From Rhina ancylostomus (lineage: Eukaryota), in NCBI GenBank assembly GCA_030265395.1, contig JARFYF010000022.1, forward strand, positions 30,310,694 through 30,374,693: a DNA stretch of 64,000 nucleotides, in the 5' to 3' direction. The notes under the pieces are model-generated. The model searched no databases. It was not told where the DNA came from and saw only the letters and a program-made list of their open reading frames with translations. Below, in pieces: positions 49,688 through 63,560 of the stretch. Made by a program: the position numbers and the translations under genes. The stretch's first letter is position 1, and the number at the start of each line of letters is the position of its first letter.

Positions 49688-51942
49688 GTAAGTTTCTTCG
49701 TGGGACAAATGCATTGGTAATGTTTCTCCAGGTCTCATGAAGAAAGTTTGTACCAACTATGCTCTGCTTTTCCCTTTCACCTCTCCAATGCATTGAATGA
49801 CAAAGTGTGAAACAAAAAAGAGAAAATGTTCTCAGGAGGTGTATATACATCTGCTCAGTCCACCACCATCAGCAAAGTCCACAGATATAAAGCCAACTTA
49901 TCACATCCCACAGAAGGAGGAAAAATTGAAGTTGATTAATGCCGGATTTATGTATGGTACCACATGTAGGATCAACTTGGATATATGTTATTTAATTTGG
50001 AAAGCAGGGAACTTTATCCCACAAAGAACTATTTGCTTTTAATGATCAATGATTATATGAGAGTTAAGGCTGTATTTAAATAATAGTTGTGTACACCTCT
50101 ACAACAGCTAAATTATTCATTATACGTAATCTTGAACAGATTTTGTTGTATATGCAAGGGTTATTGTTTATAAAAGACCAACAATTACTTTATTTTCAAT
50201 AGTCCAAAATAAGACTGAGTCCTTCTGACCTCTTTCTGTGGAATTGTCATTCTGTGAAATGCCATTCATGCACATTTGGCCAACTCCACCACAAGACAGT
50301 TTTATGAACTTGTAGTTGTTATGTAAACTGCTCCTCACATTGCTAGAACATGCTTTTCTAAGGTTTACCGGACTATAATTAGAAAAGCCATCTGAAGGAG
50401 TGAAATGATTTTCAGAATACTGCAGAAACATTATTTACCCAAGATCAAAAAGCACTGTGATTTCACAATAACAAAAAGTAAAATTAAATAAGCCTTGGGC
50501 AGTAGGTAAGCATCAACTTCAGTGTGATTACTGATGGCGGATACAGAAATGACAAATAAAGATGACTCATCAGAACATACGGGCAAAGTATTTTACTGCT
50601 CTTTCTCACAAGCAAGGGTTTAGTTCTCCAGAATTTGGCCGGTTATTCTCACCAAATGTCTTTTTGATGTGAAACATAATTCATATTAAAAAGGTTAACG
50701 CTCCTGTTAAACAAGCCAATAAAGGACTTTTTACAATGCATTGGAAATCATCTGCTAATATTATCAACAGTAATATCTGAATCTTATAATTTTTTTTTAC
50801 TTTCATCATTTCATGCAGAGTCTGTCTATAAAGCTGTTTTCCCTACAGTCCAAAACTAGAAATCTGCCTTTTCTTTCAATGGCAACTGCATTTTAGACAC
50901 TTCCCAACTTTATTTGAGGTTTCCAGTGTTTGCAGTTTTATTTTTTAGCTCAGAATCCATCAATTTTTAAACTACATATTATCAATAAATGCAAATTTAC
51001 TTGCCTTCAAAATATATTAGTGTGGTCCCACATGGAATGGTCTTCAAAAAGCAATGCTATAAAAGGTCCTACACAGGAATGAATGGTACACACTAAGCTT
51101 TGAAATACTTTTAAGCAAACTGGAATGTAGCTTTGAAAACCATTAAAGGGTATGGTACAAGCGATTAAGCAAGCCTTAACCCCACCCTACTGGTTACGCT
51201 CAAACTAGTGACACATTATCTTATAATGAAGCACACCATTGCCATATGGCTGCTTATTAAATACAGAGAGACTCTGTCTTCATTCTAAGTAAGCTGCGTT
51301 TTCAAGCCAATAAAAATTAAATTAACACAGAGGTCTTACAAACACCTTCCAACCTTCTCAAAGAATTTCACTTTATTTGCTTAAAGATTCTAATGATTTC
51401 AAATTAATTCAACCCTGCAAGAGAACAGACACTTTTTCCTCCATTTCTAACAGCTCCTCACACTGTATGGTGTTTGGAAAACAGAGACTAAAGAGTGATT
51501 CTGGAAACTAACTAACTTAGCACTGGGTATTTGGAAAGTTGATTCAGGTAGGAATCATTACAGTAGGGAAAAAGTTCAGAATAGTATATTTAACATTGAA
51601 CCTATATTTGCACTGTCTCTGTCACTGTCATCCCTCAGCTACCATACCAATTAAATAAATCTAATCTTTCTCCTGATGATCACAATTTTGAGTAATAATT
51701 TAAATGAAATGGGACTTCAAAGACCTGCTTGGTCAAAATATTTGGAAAATTCATGGAAGAGAAACTACTGATGAAATTTCGGCTTGGTACATTGTGTACT
51801 ACAGGGATACAGTTTCCACTGAGGTTGCCTGATCTCTTTCAAATCCTCTCCAGATAAATGGCACGGAGTTTCCTCAGGGGCTTTCCCAATCTTTCTTCTA
51901 AATTATTGCACATCGTCAAAGAAAATTTTAAGCTGTGGCCTT

Positions 51943-52270
51943 TAAGTGTCAGCTTGGCTTAATTGATAGCATGCTCTGCAAGCAACTCTCAGTTCATGTC
52001 TCAGCAATTTCAGTGTTGTGCTGAAGAAATGTTGTATCATCAAATGGGATCTTGAACCCAGGCAGGCAGGTGTACTCATGGCATTACTTAAAAGGAAACA
52101 GCTAGTTCTCTCAGTATCCTGATCAACATGCCTCCCTTTAAATAAGTGACTCCTGCATTTGCCTGTCTAATAATGATTGCAAATCCAAAAAAATTCCATT
52201 TAGTGTAAAGGTATTTTGTGTAATCTCAAGACTGCAGCTAATGCTACAAAAGTGGCATGTTCTTTCTTTT
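51943..52270 (+). mobile_element. Decayed Deu-domain SINE (SacSINE1-like)
   Basis: Head gtgtcagcttggcttaattgatagca, body catggcatta..agttctctcagtatcctgatcaacat, tail ending tctttctttt. Confidence 0.5.
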
Positions 52271-53064
52271 GTTAACTTTTGAGAAATACACTGGTATCAG
52301 GGTTACTCTCCAAGATGCTCTAGGTTCTTCAATAGCAATAAATGTTAATGCTTTATTTTTTAATGATCAAGTCAACTTCTCGACATACAATAATCAAATA
52401 TATTGCCATGCAAGAAAAGATTCCAGAAATTATTATTGTCAATATTGACCAATAAATGTTTTATGTTTTTGCGTGACCTTCCATGGTTTGTCATTTAAAA
52501 TAACAGAGTTAGTATAAATTAAAACACTGATCAAAGAAATATTATTTACATATTTTCAACTTTTGTTGAACAACATCACCAACATTAGTTTTCTGGGGTG
52601 AAGTTCCCTGAAATGCATTACCTAGGTTGTTCTTTGTCACAGATTATTATGAGCACCATAGTCTATTCCAAAGGAAACCATATTTCATTTGTAAAAGTAC
52701 CTTAATGAATAATGCTAATTGTTCAAGTTCTGGCCAATGGGGAACATCCATGTAATTTAATGTACATAGATATCCATGTCTGCCTGATCCATTTCTTAGT
52801 AACTGGCAGGTCAAGACCAATAAATCAGTTTGACATTATATCTTTAAGTGATTAATGTCCAGTAACATAGAACATGAGTTATTAGGGATAGTAACCCGAC
52901 TGATTGATAGACATTCATTAATGACTGAAGTCCAAAAGGTCCTCTTTGTATTTGCCCAGTTTGTGACGATGTCAGCCCCGATCCAACAAGGATTTGATAA
53001 TACTGAGAGATGTTTGCAGGATAAGATGATCATTCAAATCTTTCTTCTCAAAATAGTGTCAACT

Positions 53065-53240
53065 CATACAACAATCTGCTGGAGGAACTCAGAGGGTTAA
53101 GCAGCATCTATAAGAGGAAAGGAATTGTCGACACTTTGGGTCGAAACTCTGATGCAGTTTCGGGTTGAAACCCCGCTGAGTTCCTCTGGCAGATTGTTTG
53201 TTGCTCCAGATTCCCATATCTGTAGGCTTTTGTGCCTCTC
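53065..53240. mobile_element. Penelope-derived fold-back element
   Basis: acaatctgctggaggaactcag is inverted as ctgagttcctctggcagattgt, with centre cgaaact-ctgatgc-agtttcg. Confidence 0.8.
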
Positions 53241-53479
53241 TAGTGGTACTCTTTTCCCTCATTGAACAGCTTGTTTTTCCAATTACTTTATTCACTTGTT
53301 ATACCTCCCATTTTTACTCCACTCAGGAGTGAAGATTTTCCTTTATAGTTTGACTAATTTCTCTTACTTCCAGCAGTAACTGGCACCTCGAGCTCTACCA
53401 TCACTGTAGATGGAAACTTTTTCCTTGTTTGCTCAGTAAATAATTTCTAAATCTCAAAATCCTGATGAGCGTGTTCGTT

Positions 53480-53715
53480 GAAGGATCTATGTCAATGACA
53501 ATAATGATAGAGATGATCAGAAAACCTGGTTTTTCACTAATGTTGAAATCAATAATAGCCAGAACAGTAAGGATCCTTCTCTGTGGGCAGGGTCCAATTT
53601 TAGTATCTTATTTGAAAGGCAGCACGTCTGACAGTGCAGCATTCCTCAGCACTGCACTGGAGTGTCAGCTTAGATGTTTGCGCTCAAATCACTGAAATGC
53701 GATTTAATCCAGCTC
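53480..53715 (-). mobile_element. Deu-domain SINE (SacSINE1/AmnSINE-related)
   Basis: The minus strand reads gctgacactccagtgcagtgctgaggaatgctgcactgtcagacgtgctgcctttcaaataagatactaaa, matching the recalled Deu-SINE core. Confidence 0.75.
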
Positions 53716-54964
53716 ATTCAGAACTCACCTAGCTGCACAGGTAGCTAATAGTTGAACACATTCCCCCTTTCAGAACAGCAAAAAAACACTTAGAATATGT
53801 CCTAAGGGCATACTTATCTGACCTAGTGTTTGGTATTTCAAAGTGAAACACACTGAAAATCATTTTACAGAGGCTGAATTACAGATGCAGTGGACACAGT
53901 GTGACAGCTGCAAATACCACACTGCACTTCAAAGAGTGAGAGCCAGCTTCTATTCAATTAGCTACCCTTTTGATTAATTAGGGATAGCCTGTTAAAAATA
54001 AAAGTTAAATACTGGACTTGTTTTTAAATCTCCTTAATTAATGAAGGATGAGGGCAGGGAGGCAAGAAAGATCCAGTGAGAGAAAATAAAAGTTCTTCTA
54101 TAATTTACAGAATTTGCAAATGAAGTTTGTGAAGTTTACCTCAACAATGGCACGTAATGGGTCCAACCTATTTGTTCTGTTTAGATCTTCTGCCTTCTTT
54201 CAAAGACATAGCAGACTCATGTTGTGTACCAATTGAGGTGTCGGGTTTCCTCAGCTGAGTTGATTTGTAACATGTACATTCCCAAACTGAGCTCAGAGGG
54301 AGGGGATCACTTACATGATAAATGACAAAAAAAGCAATGGTCTCCAGAGTCAATAAGGATAATTATAATTACTCTTGGGTTGCCCTTTCCCTGCCAAACA
54401 TAGTACACAGATGCAGCTCAATGATACAACAGTGTATGTCAAGCCCGCAACAGTGAGATTTAACGTGGCTTCCTACTGATCTAGCACCACAAAAACCATT
54501 CCCTATTTTACTCTCCACAGTGTTGTCATCCCACCTGCTATAACTCATTTCTGTAACTGAACTTCAGTTGACTGAGGAGTGATTACTGAGGGAACAGATA
54601 GTGCATAACAAACATATTCTATGGAGACAGCAAAGCACAGTAAGAAAAAGTGGGGACTCTGCAGAGAGGTGTAACCACATTCCTATTTGTCATATTAGTT
54701 TCTGTAAAAATCAAAGCCTAACCAACTAGCATTATGTTTTTGATGCTACCACCATATTAGAGAAGTGTCACTTCAGAATCTTTAAAAGAGAAGCTTGTAA
54801 ATATGGAACAGGCATTAGTCCACTAATTTTTGCTCTCAACTTCTGCTGAATACATACATTTTTCTTTTTTTTAAACCATGTAATAGTCACCTCAGCTGAC
54901 CTCATCACCTGCTCCCAGGCCTCTGCCACTGCATTTCAAGTAACTATCCTTGTGTTTTAAATCA

Positions 54965-55183
54965 AGTTTCCCCAAGTTGTTTTTCTTGGCCTGGCTAATA
55001 TTTATCCCTCAATCAACATCAAGAAAAGATTATCTAGTTGCTATTACGTTGTTGTGTGTGGAAACTTTCTCTGTGAACTTACCCACTGTATTTCCTACAA
55101 TAGTATCTTACACTTTAAAAAGTCCTTCAAAAGCGAAATGGGACATCCTGAGGTGAAAAACAATAATATATAAATGCAAGTGA
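54965..55183 (+). mobile_element. Deu-domain SINE, 3' half
   Basis: cctggctaatatttatccctcaatcaacatc..agattatct..tttcctacaa..gggacatcctgaggtgaaa..tatataaatgcaagt. Confidence 0.75.
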
Positions 55184-56034
55184 TCCTTATTTATGGATAT
55201 TCAATTGCACCCATGAAAGATGTTTGCTTGCTGACTTCATTCCGAGTTCTACTAATTGATTACCACATACCCCTCGACAACTGCTTTCTTGTTCAGAGTG
55301 CAGTTAATGTTTTGAACATTTTATCAGTGTTTTTGTCTCTTCCTGTTCACATTGTTGCTATACCTGCTTGCCCTGAATGTGCTGCTACTAATTCTGGCAG
55401 TCTTAACCAACCTCTGACGATTTTGTAACAAAGCAGTCAGGAGTTGGGGGTTATGATTAAAATAGGCTTTAGTAGGGCAATTATTTTCCCTCCTTTTAAC
55501 ATTTTTCCCTTCTCATAGCAGTGATTACTTCAGCTCATTTGCAATCCAGTCCCTTTCTACAGGAGAGCAACCAGCCAATGTTTCTCTTTACAACACTTAC
55601 GTGCAATAAGCCAAGGGTTAAATCACCATAGCTGGCACTTGACATTTCTGCCTTGCTGACAGTGAGATAGAGGAATTCTGTGAGTGAATGAATGAGTATT
55701 GATTTGCTTGATAGCCCTTGGAGATCACTAAATACTTACTTAGAATTTTCTCCCTTGACATTAAAATCCATAATGGGATTAGCAAACATTTTAAGTGCCA
55801 CTTAATACACCGATGGGCTGAGTGGCCTCTCCCTATTTGTATTTTCTTACAATTTTTTTTAGGATTTCAGATCTCAGGTTAGCATATCCATGACCAAAAT
55901 AATGAACAGAATATAAGATGTGATGACAAGTGAAAGGAAACATGGAGACAACTTGAAAGCTCATGAGCCAATAAATGTTGCAGCATCAGTGTATGTGAGT
56001 TTCAATGAAGTTCACGCTCAGAGATCTATGAGAA

Positions 56035-56420
56035 GTGTTTTCTCCCCTTGTCTCCTCTCCTGTCAGTACTGACTGATACTGGAATATAAAACCACAGAGA
56101 GACGGAGTTTTTTTTAATCTATCCAGTACTCAGCTAAATGGCTACTGTTCATAAATTATCGTTGTTTTAGAGGGAGCAGGTTGACTTAGCTGCAGTGACC
56201 ACAATAGCAGACCTGATCTTGTCTCCTGTGAGCATTCTTATTGGATGGTAGTCAGGTACATGAGTACTGGCTGATATTGTTCTCCTGAAGAAATCTAATA
56301 ACTGCTATTCCATGCAGAGATCTGCCAGTTAAGAATGGCGTAAGACTCAACCTCGGAACCTTCCTATGCTGGTTGACTATTTTGAGCAAAGAGCAGCAAA
56401 TGCCATTAACATGAGCTATG
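56035..56420 (-). mobile_element. Old SINE, same family as 11470
   Basis: Collinear with 11470-11865; ends in tgagctat. Confidence 0.45.
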
Positions 56421-58337
56421 TGGTTTCAGTGGTGTTTTAGAAAGTCATCTACCACAGATTGGATAAGACTTGTTTCCAACATTATTTTCAAATCAAAACC
56501 ATGATAAGGGAAGAGCCTGAACAACTTTTTGCATGTTCTAATTAAAATTAAAAACATAATCATATTACACATCATCTGTCCTTTTATTTAACAAGACTGG
56601 AGTAACTCACCGTGAACTGAAATATACAAAGAATTTGTTAAGAAATGTGTTTTACAGGTGTTAGTTTGCTAACTCCCCACAGATTCAATATGTGTGAAAA
56701 GTGCCTCACACATTCCTGAAAAGTAATGCAAAAACTGAACAAATAATTAGTGTTGTAATTTGCAGAAAATTTGGATTTTTTCATTTGTTAGAAAGGACCT
56801 GAGCAGAATTTTTTTTAAAATAAAACGTGTCATTTGAACAGCGCATGTGCTGCAGACCTGGTAAGCAAAGCAAACAAAGATACAGCAGCACACTTTAATT
56901 TCTATATATTGGAGACGTTGTCTGAAGTTTTTCCAAATTGAATCAAATGAGCCTGCTGAGTAAAAATGATAAATCGCAATGAAAAAGTTTATCATGCTTT
57001 AACATTTCTGCTCAAACAAGATTTGCTGTTGAATTTCCTCACATCAGATGGTTAGATCTTTGATCAAAACATTGAAATTCTTGCTCACTGGTCAACTTTT
57101 AACTTGGATTTCACTAATATATTGATCTTCTCACTCAATATACATTCTATAAGTTCTTTTTTGCTTCATAAAACTTGGTCTCCAGAGTTCCTTTTTGTAA
57201 TAGGACTCATTTATCCACTTAATTCCACCATTTCAGTGACAACCCCATTCACATGGCTCACCTCTCCACTGCCATGGATAGGAAAGAGATATTGCAGAAT
57301 CTACTTGTGATATGTGGTTGTTATTAAATACTCCTCAAAGGTCAACATTCACCAAATTATAGTTACAAGGTAACTGGTTGGATTTGAAGAGGTGCACTGC
57401 ATGTCATGTACATTTAGACTAATTCAGTCTCAGGGAGAATTATTATGAAACACCTAACAAAATATCTAACAAGACTACAAACAGTTAATACCAAATGAAC
57501 ACTGGAGCTAAGAGAAATGCCAAATATTGCCATCAAAAATATTCCCACTGATTTATCATTTTTTTTCCTGCACACTTTTTAATGCCGGTTGAAGCATTTG
57601 CACTTTGCCAATCATGAGGCACCCAAGACAAATGAATGCCAGCAAGTTATGCAATCACAGAAAACATAGTCAAGCCCAGTGCTATTCTCTGTCATAAAAA
57701 GTTACAGGAAAACCAGGTGATTTTGCATGCTCAGTATAATGAATATAACTATAATTACACGATTGAAAAAGTCATTTTTTAAAAATGAAATTATAGCAAC
57801 TGTATTTCACAAGGCCAGGAGCCCTGCTGGATTCAGTTGCTTGATTTCGATTTAAAATTCTAGTACAATAGATCTGCTTCAAGATGCTTCTCTCTGCTTT
57901 CAAATTCCTTCATGATCACACTCCATTCAACAATAACAATCACGTTCCAGCACAGATGTCTCAGCATCTAACCACTGCTTCTCTGGCATCACATTATTCT
58001 TTGTTCATTACTTTGTCAGTTTCACTATCAGCAGACATTCTTTTAGCCACTATACATATGCCTCAGGTTCTTCCTCTTGGGACCTCTTTGTCTTGACACT
58101 CTTTTTGAAACTCTCCATACCTTCAGCCTCCCTCCAGCAACCTTTCCAAATTCCTCTACCTGGTGTGTGTGTTTCCAAATCCCTCTACTTCCTCCTGCCC
58201 CCAACATTTGAGACATCTTTCTATCCATAAGGAGTGCAGTGGAAATGCAAGTTATTGACAACAGTCAAATCTTTTTAATATGTTTTAGGGAAGGTACAAT
58301 GAGGACAGGAAGCATCCATCCACAGGTGATATCATTA

Positions 58338-58487
<150 letters not shown>

Positions 58488-60489
58488 TTAACAAAATAAA
58501 TCAAAACATAACTTTTTTTTGCTGTTTCAAATAGGCTGCCAACAAGGGAGAAACAAATTGTTTTTATTGCGCCCATCCATCTAACTACATTCCCGCTTCA
58601 TTGAGCATGACAACCCAGTTTTAAGTGTCATTTAATTTTCATTTTCAAATATAATTACAAAGTGTTCACTGTAAGATATCACTCGTCTGCAAATGTGTCA
58701 AGATTAATTTGAGCTAGCTTATTCACAAGTGTCAACAGTTAATTACTGTGTCGTGTCTGCATATCTAAATGACATCCTAACTTCTTATTTTGTACGTATT
58801 CTTGTATCTTATTTCCCATTATAAGAAGAGTGCATACGCTTGCTTGTGGGCAAATATTTGGACACGGAAAGCTTGGTGATCTGAGGCTGATTAAAACAAG
58901 CTCAACGTATCAACTCTATTATATACTGCTTTCTATTATAGAATGGTGGGAATGTCAATACAATTTTAGTAATAAGCCCTATTTAGAAAGGCAACCTTTA
59001 CCCTGTAGTGACTGTGGTATGGGTGCAATCATGTCTTTTAAAAGGGTTTCCTGGCTTTGGATGGTGAGACCAGACCCTGGAGCACAGCTGCAATCAGCTT
59101 GTGCATGTAATTACTAACTCCCGTCATTAATACAGATCAATTTTGGCTGAGACCTTTGCTAAAAAAACTGTTCTCTAATTTTATGGTCCTAATATGATGA
59201 TTTTCCTTCAAGGGTTAAGATCATAAGATGGGTTTGGATATGAAGGACCACCTAACATCCTCACCCTGACAGATTTGATCTTATTCTTCCCAGTTTTCCT
59301 ATTTTCCCACTATAGCACTAAGCGAGTGCAGTTGCACTAGTCCAGTCAGTGATTACTTTCATATAAAGATCAATGCCCCAATGTCAATCATAATCTTTCC
59401 TCTAGAATCCTGAACCTGTACCCACTTGCTCTGTTGCCTTGGCTTATCTGGCTACATTAATCGGATCCACTTTTAACATCCGTAATGTTATTTTCCAATG
59501 TACCACCATATAAGCTCCCATTTGAGACATCGCCTCATGAATCCCAAAAGCCTGAATTCGTATTTTTATTGCTTATCTCTTGAACATGGGAAAGAACGTC
59601 ATGATTTTTCTCTGCACTGTCCCAGAACCTGAACAACTCTTTTGTCACAAAGACCAGTATTCATCACAAAGGCTCAGATTGACTGACAGTAGAATGAAAA
59701 GTTGTGGGTGTGCAGTTATTCCATTGTACACTACCTTCATTTTTAAACAATTTAGATTTTCTTATTTATGTCCACACGCAATCTTCATACAACAGCATAC
59801 ACCCCCTACTCCTATATTGACTTTATACAAGTAAAAATAACATAGAAAATAACTGTTTTAAACAATACCTCAAATTTTACAAGCAGTGAACAAAAACCAT
59901 ATCCCATACTTGCTGTGTGAAATGATGAGGAAGCTTCAACTAGCTCCCAAAACAAATGCCAATTTGCAGGGATGATTGTACTGTTTGTTGGATGATCCTG
60001 ATGCAAGGCACAAAGGTATGAAGTGCAAGGACCTTATGGAGGACAAGTTCATCCAGCATTCATTTTCCACAAGTCATAAAAAAAATTACACAGGCGATGT
60101 CTTCAAATAATTTGTAATTCCTTTCATTGAAAACTTTTCAAAATGTCCCCTTTTTTGACAATATGATTTTCTTTCCTGATCAACTGCATCTTTTTTTTAA
60201 ACAGGATCTTCAATCAGTTGTTCCTCAGTTTGCTGCTCCCAGGCTCGTCTCAAATCCTCCTAAAGTATTTCTCTCCTTTATAATCAATCTTTTGATCCTC
60301 TGACCACCTCCCTAAATTTCTTAAATCTTATCCTATTTACCTTTTTGTTCAAGCTCCCTTTTCTCTCAGCTTCCTGCATCCTTTATACAGTAGCTCTTTT
60401 CTCAACGTATGGGACATCATTTTATCTTCTTTTTTCAGCCTCCTAAATTTCCCAGTCCTTTTCTCTAAGACTTGTGAAACCTATGTCTT

Positions 60490-60618
60490 CAATCAAAAAT
60501 TTGGCAAAATGGAGAATAGGGTGGGAAAATGTGAAATTGTTCACATTGGAAGGAAGAATGATGAACAAACTATTATTTAAACAGAGAAAGACTGCAGAAA
60601 GTTGCAGCACAAAGAGAA
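60490..60618 (+). mobile_element. CR1 RT fragment
   Basis: tggcaa-atggagaatagggtgggaaaatgtgaaattgttcacattggaaggaagaat reads WQ/MENRVGKCEIVHIGRKN. Confidence 0.8.
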
Positions 60619-60689
60619 AAGGTGAACGCAAGCTATCCTCAGTCCTAAGGGATTGCCTTTTGAGACAGGAGGCTGTAGGGATACCCCTT

Positions 60690-60900
60690 TTCTCAGTCAG
60701 CTGAATGGCGATCTGGTGCACATCATCATTGGTGTCTCTCTTCATGAGATGTTGCTCCCAAGATATGGAAAATGATCCACATTTTCCAGCATCTCATCAT
60801 TGTGTTTGATTGCAGGATAGGAGGGTAGTGTTATGCACTTGGATAGGTTGGTAGAGGATCCATGTCCTCTGGATGTTTAGTGTTAGGACCATCCTTATGT
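60690..60900 (-). mobile_element. RTE-clade LINE RT fragment
   Basis: The minus strand encodes MVLTLNIQRTWILYQP and, after a frameshift, EMLENVDHFPYLGSNIS. These match RTE-type GLTLNIxKTxVLxQP..LExVDxFxYLGS. Confidence 0.75.
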
Positions 60901-61119
60901 TTATGACCATTGATAGATGGCTAATCCAGTGAAATGCTGAACGAATACCATACAGTCGAAAGTCTTGAGGTGGCAATATCTGCTTTCTTAAACACACAAA
61001 AATGATTCCACGGCATAATTCAAAGAAATCTGCATCACTGACTTCAGTATCCTAGCCAAGATTTAAAACGCAACCACTGTCATGCAAATGGACTACCTTG
61101 TTGTTGCTACTTCTGTACC

Positions 61120-61250
61120 TGCACTTTGTAATATTTTCAATGTTACAACAGTGACTACACTTGAAAAGTATTTAATTGGCTGTAAAGTGCTTTGAGCTAC
61201 CCTTGGATTGTGAAAAGCGCTGAATGATTTCAAGTCTCTCTTTTATTCTT
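61120..61250 (+). mobile_element. Deu-type SINE 3' tail
   Basis: ttacaacagtgactacacttgaaaagtatttaattggctgtaaagtgctttg..gtgaaaagcgct..caagtctctcttt. Confidence 0.75.
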
Positions 61251-61947
61251 TTAGTCCCTAGGCTCATAATGTATACTTTCCAGAAGCTGCTCATTCTCAC
61301 CTCTGTACTTAGCAGAGACTGGCTCCCTGAGGGCAATTTCACAGAGAAGCAGATATACTGTAACTAACATCACCATAGGACTATAATGACAACAACTGGT
61401 GACTGGCAGAAGCGGTGAAATTGGCTAAGAAGCTTGACAGTTGACAGCACCTGTCAGGAATTTTTAGTCTGAACAAAACCAGATAAATCTGGGAAACAGT
61501 AGCAAGCAAAAGTGCCAAGCTTACGTTTCCAATTCCTGTTGTTTTCATTTCCTGTCTATACCGGATGCAAATGCTAAAATAATTGGCCAGGGATAATAGT
61601 TGCACCTCACAGATGCATTAAAAAATGCCATTAAGGGCTTCCCAATGAACAAACAAATTTATCCAGATTTGGCTGAAACCAGGAAGATCAGTGCTCAGTT
61701 AACCTGAATTCCATAGTCATTCCTCCAAATCAACTACTTGTAGTTCTCAAAAGTGTGTAGGGGTGGGAGGAGGAGTTGGGGTTGTGGGGTGGGGTGTGGG
61801 CTGTTGTACAGAGCAGAAAGTCAGGCAGAATCTTGGATAAACATAATTCAAAGTGAAGATCATCTAAAAGTGAGTGTCAATGAAACAGTGAAACAATAGG
61901 TGGAACAACATGAAAATTTAAATGAAGCAGAAGGAAGATAGACAAGA

Positions 61948-62300
61948 AGGGCACAATCCTCCCCATCGTTGAGGATATCTTCAAGGGGTGGTGCCTCAAG
62001 AAGGCAGCACCCATTACTAAGGACCCTCACCATTCAGGACATGGCCTCTCCTCATTACTACCACTGAGGAAGAGGTACAGGAGCCTGAAGACCCACACTT
62101 AATGATTCTAAAACAGCTTCTTCCCCTCCACCATCAGATCTCTGAACGATCCATGAACCCATAAACACTACCTCATTATTCATTTTTTGCACTATTCACT
62201 TATTTGTAATTTATAGCAATTTTATGTCTTGCAACTGTACTACTGTCGAAAAACAACAAATTTCACGTCATAAGACAGTGATAATAAACATGATTCTGAA
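61948..62300 (+). mobile_element. Rex1/Babar-like non-LTR retrotransposon 3' end
   Basis: Translates LPIVEDIFKGWCLKKAAPITKDPHHSGHGLSSLLPLRKRYRSLKTHT*..NSFFPSTIRSLN, the typical Rex1 C-terminus. Tail gtgataataaacatgattctga. Confidence 0.85.
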
Positions 62301-62350
62301 AAAACACTGGACAAAAAAGTTAGCCAAAAGGAAATGTATGTAAATTAGAT

Positions 62351-62664
62351 CAGAGTCTTTATTCCCAGGGTGGAAATGTGAAATAATTGAGGGCATAGGC
62401 TTAAGGGGAGAGGGGGAAAGAGAGATTTATGAGGCAAGTTTCTTTTTTACACAGAGATTTTAGGTGTCTGGAATGTGCTGCCAGGGGAGCTCGTAGAAGC
62501 AGATATGACAGCAATGTTTAAGAGTCACTTGGGCAGACACGTGAACAGGCAGGGAATAGAGGGGTGCAGATCATGTGCAGGCAGATGGTTCAATTGGCAT
62601 CATGGTCGGCACAGATATGGTGGGCTGAAGGGCCTGTTCCTGTGCTGTACTGTTCTATGTTCTA
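62351..62664 (+). mobile_element. CR1 (HER1-like) LINE 3' end
   Basis: FFYTE..VWNVLPGELVEADMTAMFKSHLGRHVN, with tail gggctgaagggcctgttcctgtgctgtactgttctatgttcta. Confidence 0.88.
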
Positions 62665-63560
62665 AATCTGAAATTCTTTTTGTTGAGGGCATTATCATTA
62701 AAAAGCTAAAGCTAAGTAAACAGGGAATTAACTTTTTAATCTGATTGGCCTCAGGAAGGAGGGGAGGGTCATGGGGCAGACTGGCCAGCAGAATGCAATG
62801 CATGCTCACAATCTGCTCACCATTTGGTAGCTTAGTGACAATCCTAATGGGACGGATAACTTGTAGTGATCTCTTCTCATCAAAACTTCATTGTAATCAA
62901 CCAATTCACAGTCAGGAAAGTCAAGTGAAAATAGAAGAGTTACAAAACCAATCTCTTCGGTGTTAATTTTAAAAAATAAATAAAAGAGCATGGAAAAGCA
63001 AGAAAATAAATTTAAACATATTTCCTAAGATATTTCCTGGTCTCCAATGGATAATTCGGATTTTCCATCCATCACCAACAATGAATGGAGGATCTGGTGG
63101 AGCAAATGGGCTTCCTCAAACCTCCCCAACACCCAACTTCTCAATAAGCACTTGTTGAACATCAAACCTGCTCCCTCATTGAGAGCATGTGTCCCAGTTT
63201 GTAAATTCTATTATATTGCTTACGGTAATAGAATGTATTTGGTTTTTACAAGAAGCTGGACCAATTGTTTTGATCAAATTCAAAAAGATGGGCGATTTTT
63301 GAAAAGATGGGAACGTTGAAACAATGATTGTGAGGCCTGAGAAACAACCCTTGGCATGGTAAGTATAAAATGACTGCTTTCAATTTAGCTGCCCTTGTCA
63401 GATCTTGACCCTGATTTGACTTCAAAGGATATCGATCATGCATAAAATGGGCAGCTAATTTGATTTTTGCCCATTTTATATCAGCATCCAATGTCAAAAT
63501 CAGCCCTAATTTGTGCTCTCGTTTCTTATTTTCCTGTACCTTTCTAGCTGATATTTTAAG

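Noticed and set aside
63160-63190. Minus-strand LSMREQ followed by gt, as the upstream SOX6 leucine-zipper exon
   Set aside because: A stop follows and there is no LLAAHDEQKK continuation. The real exon must lie beyond 64000.
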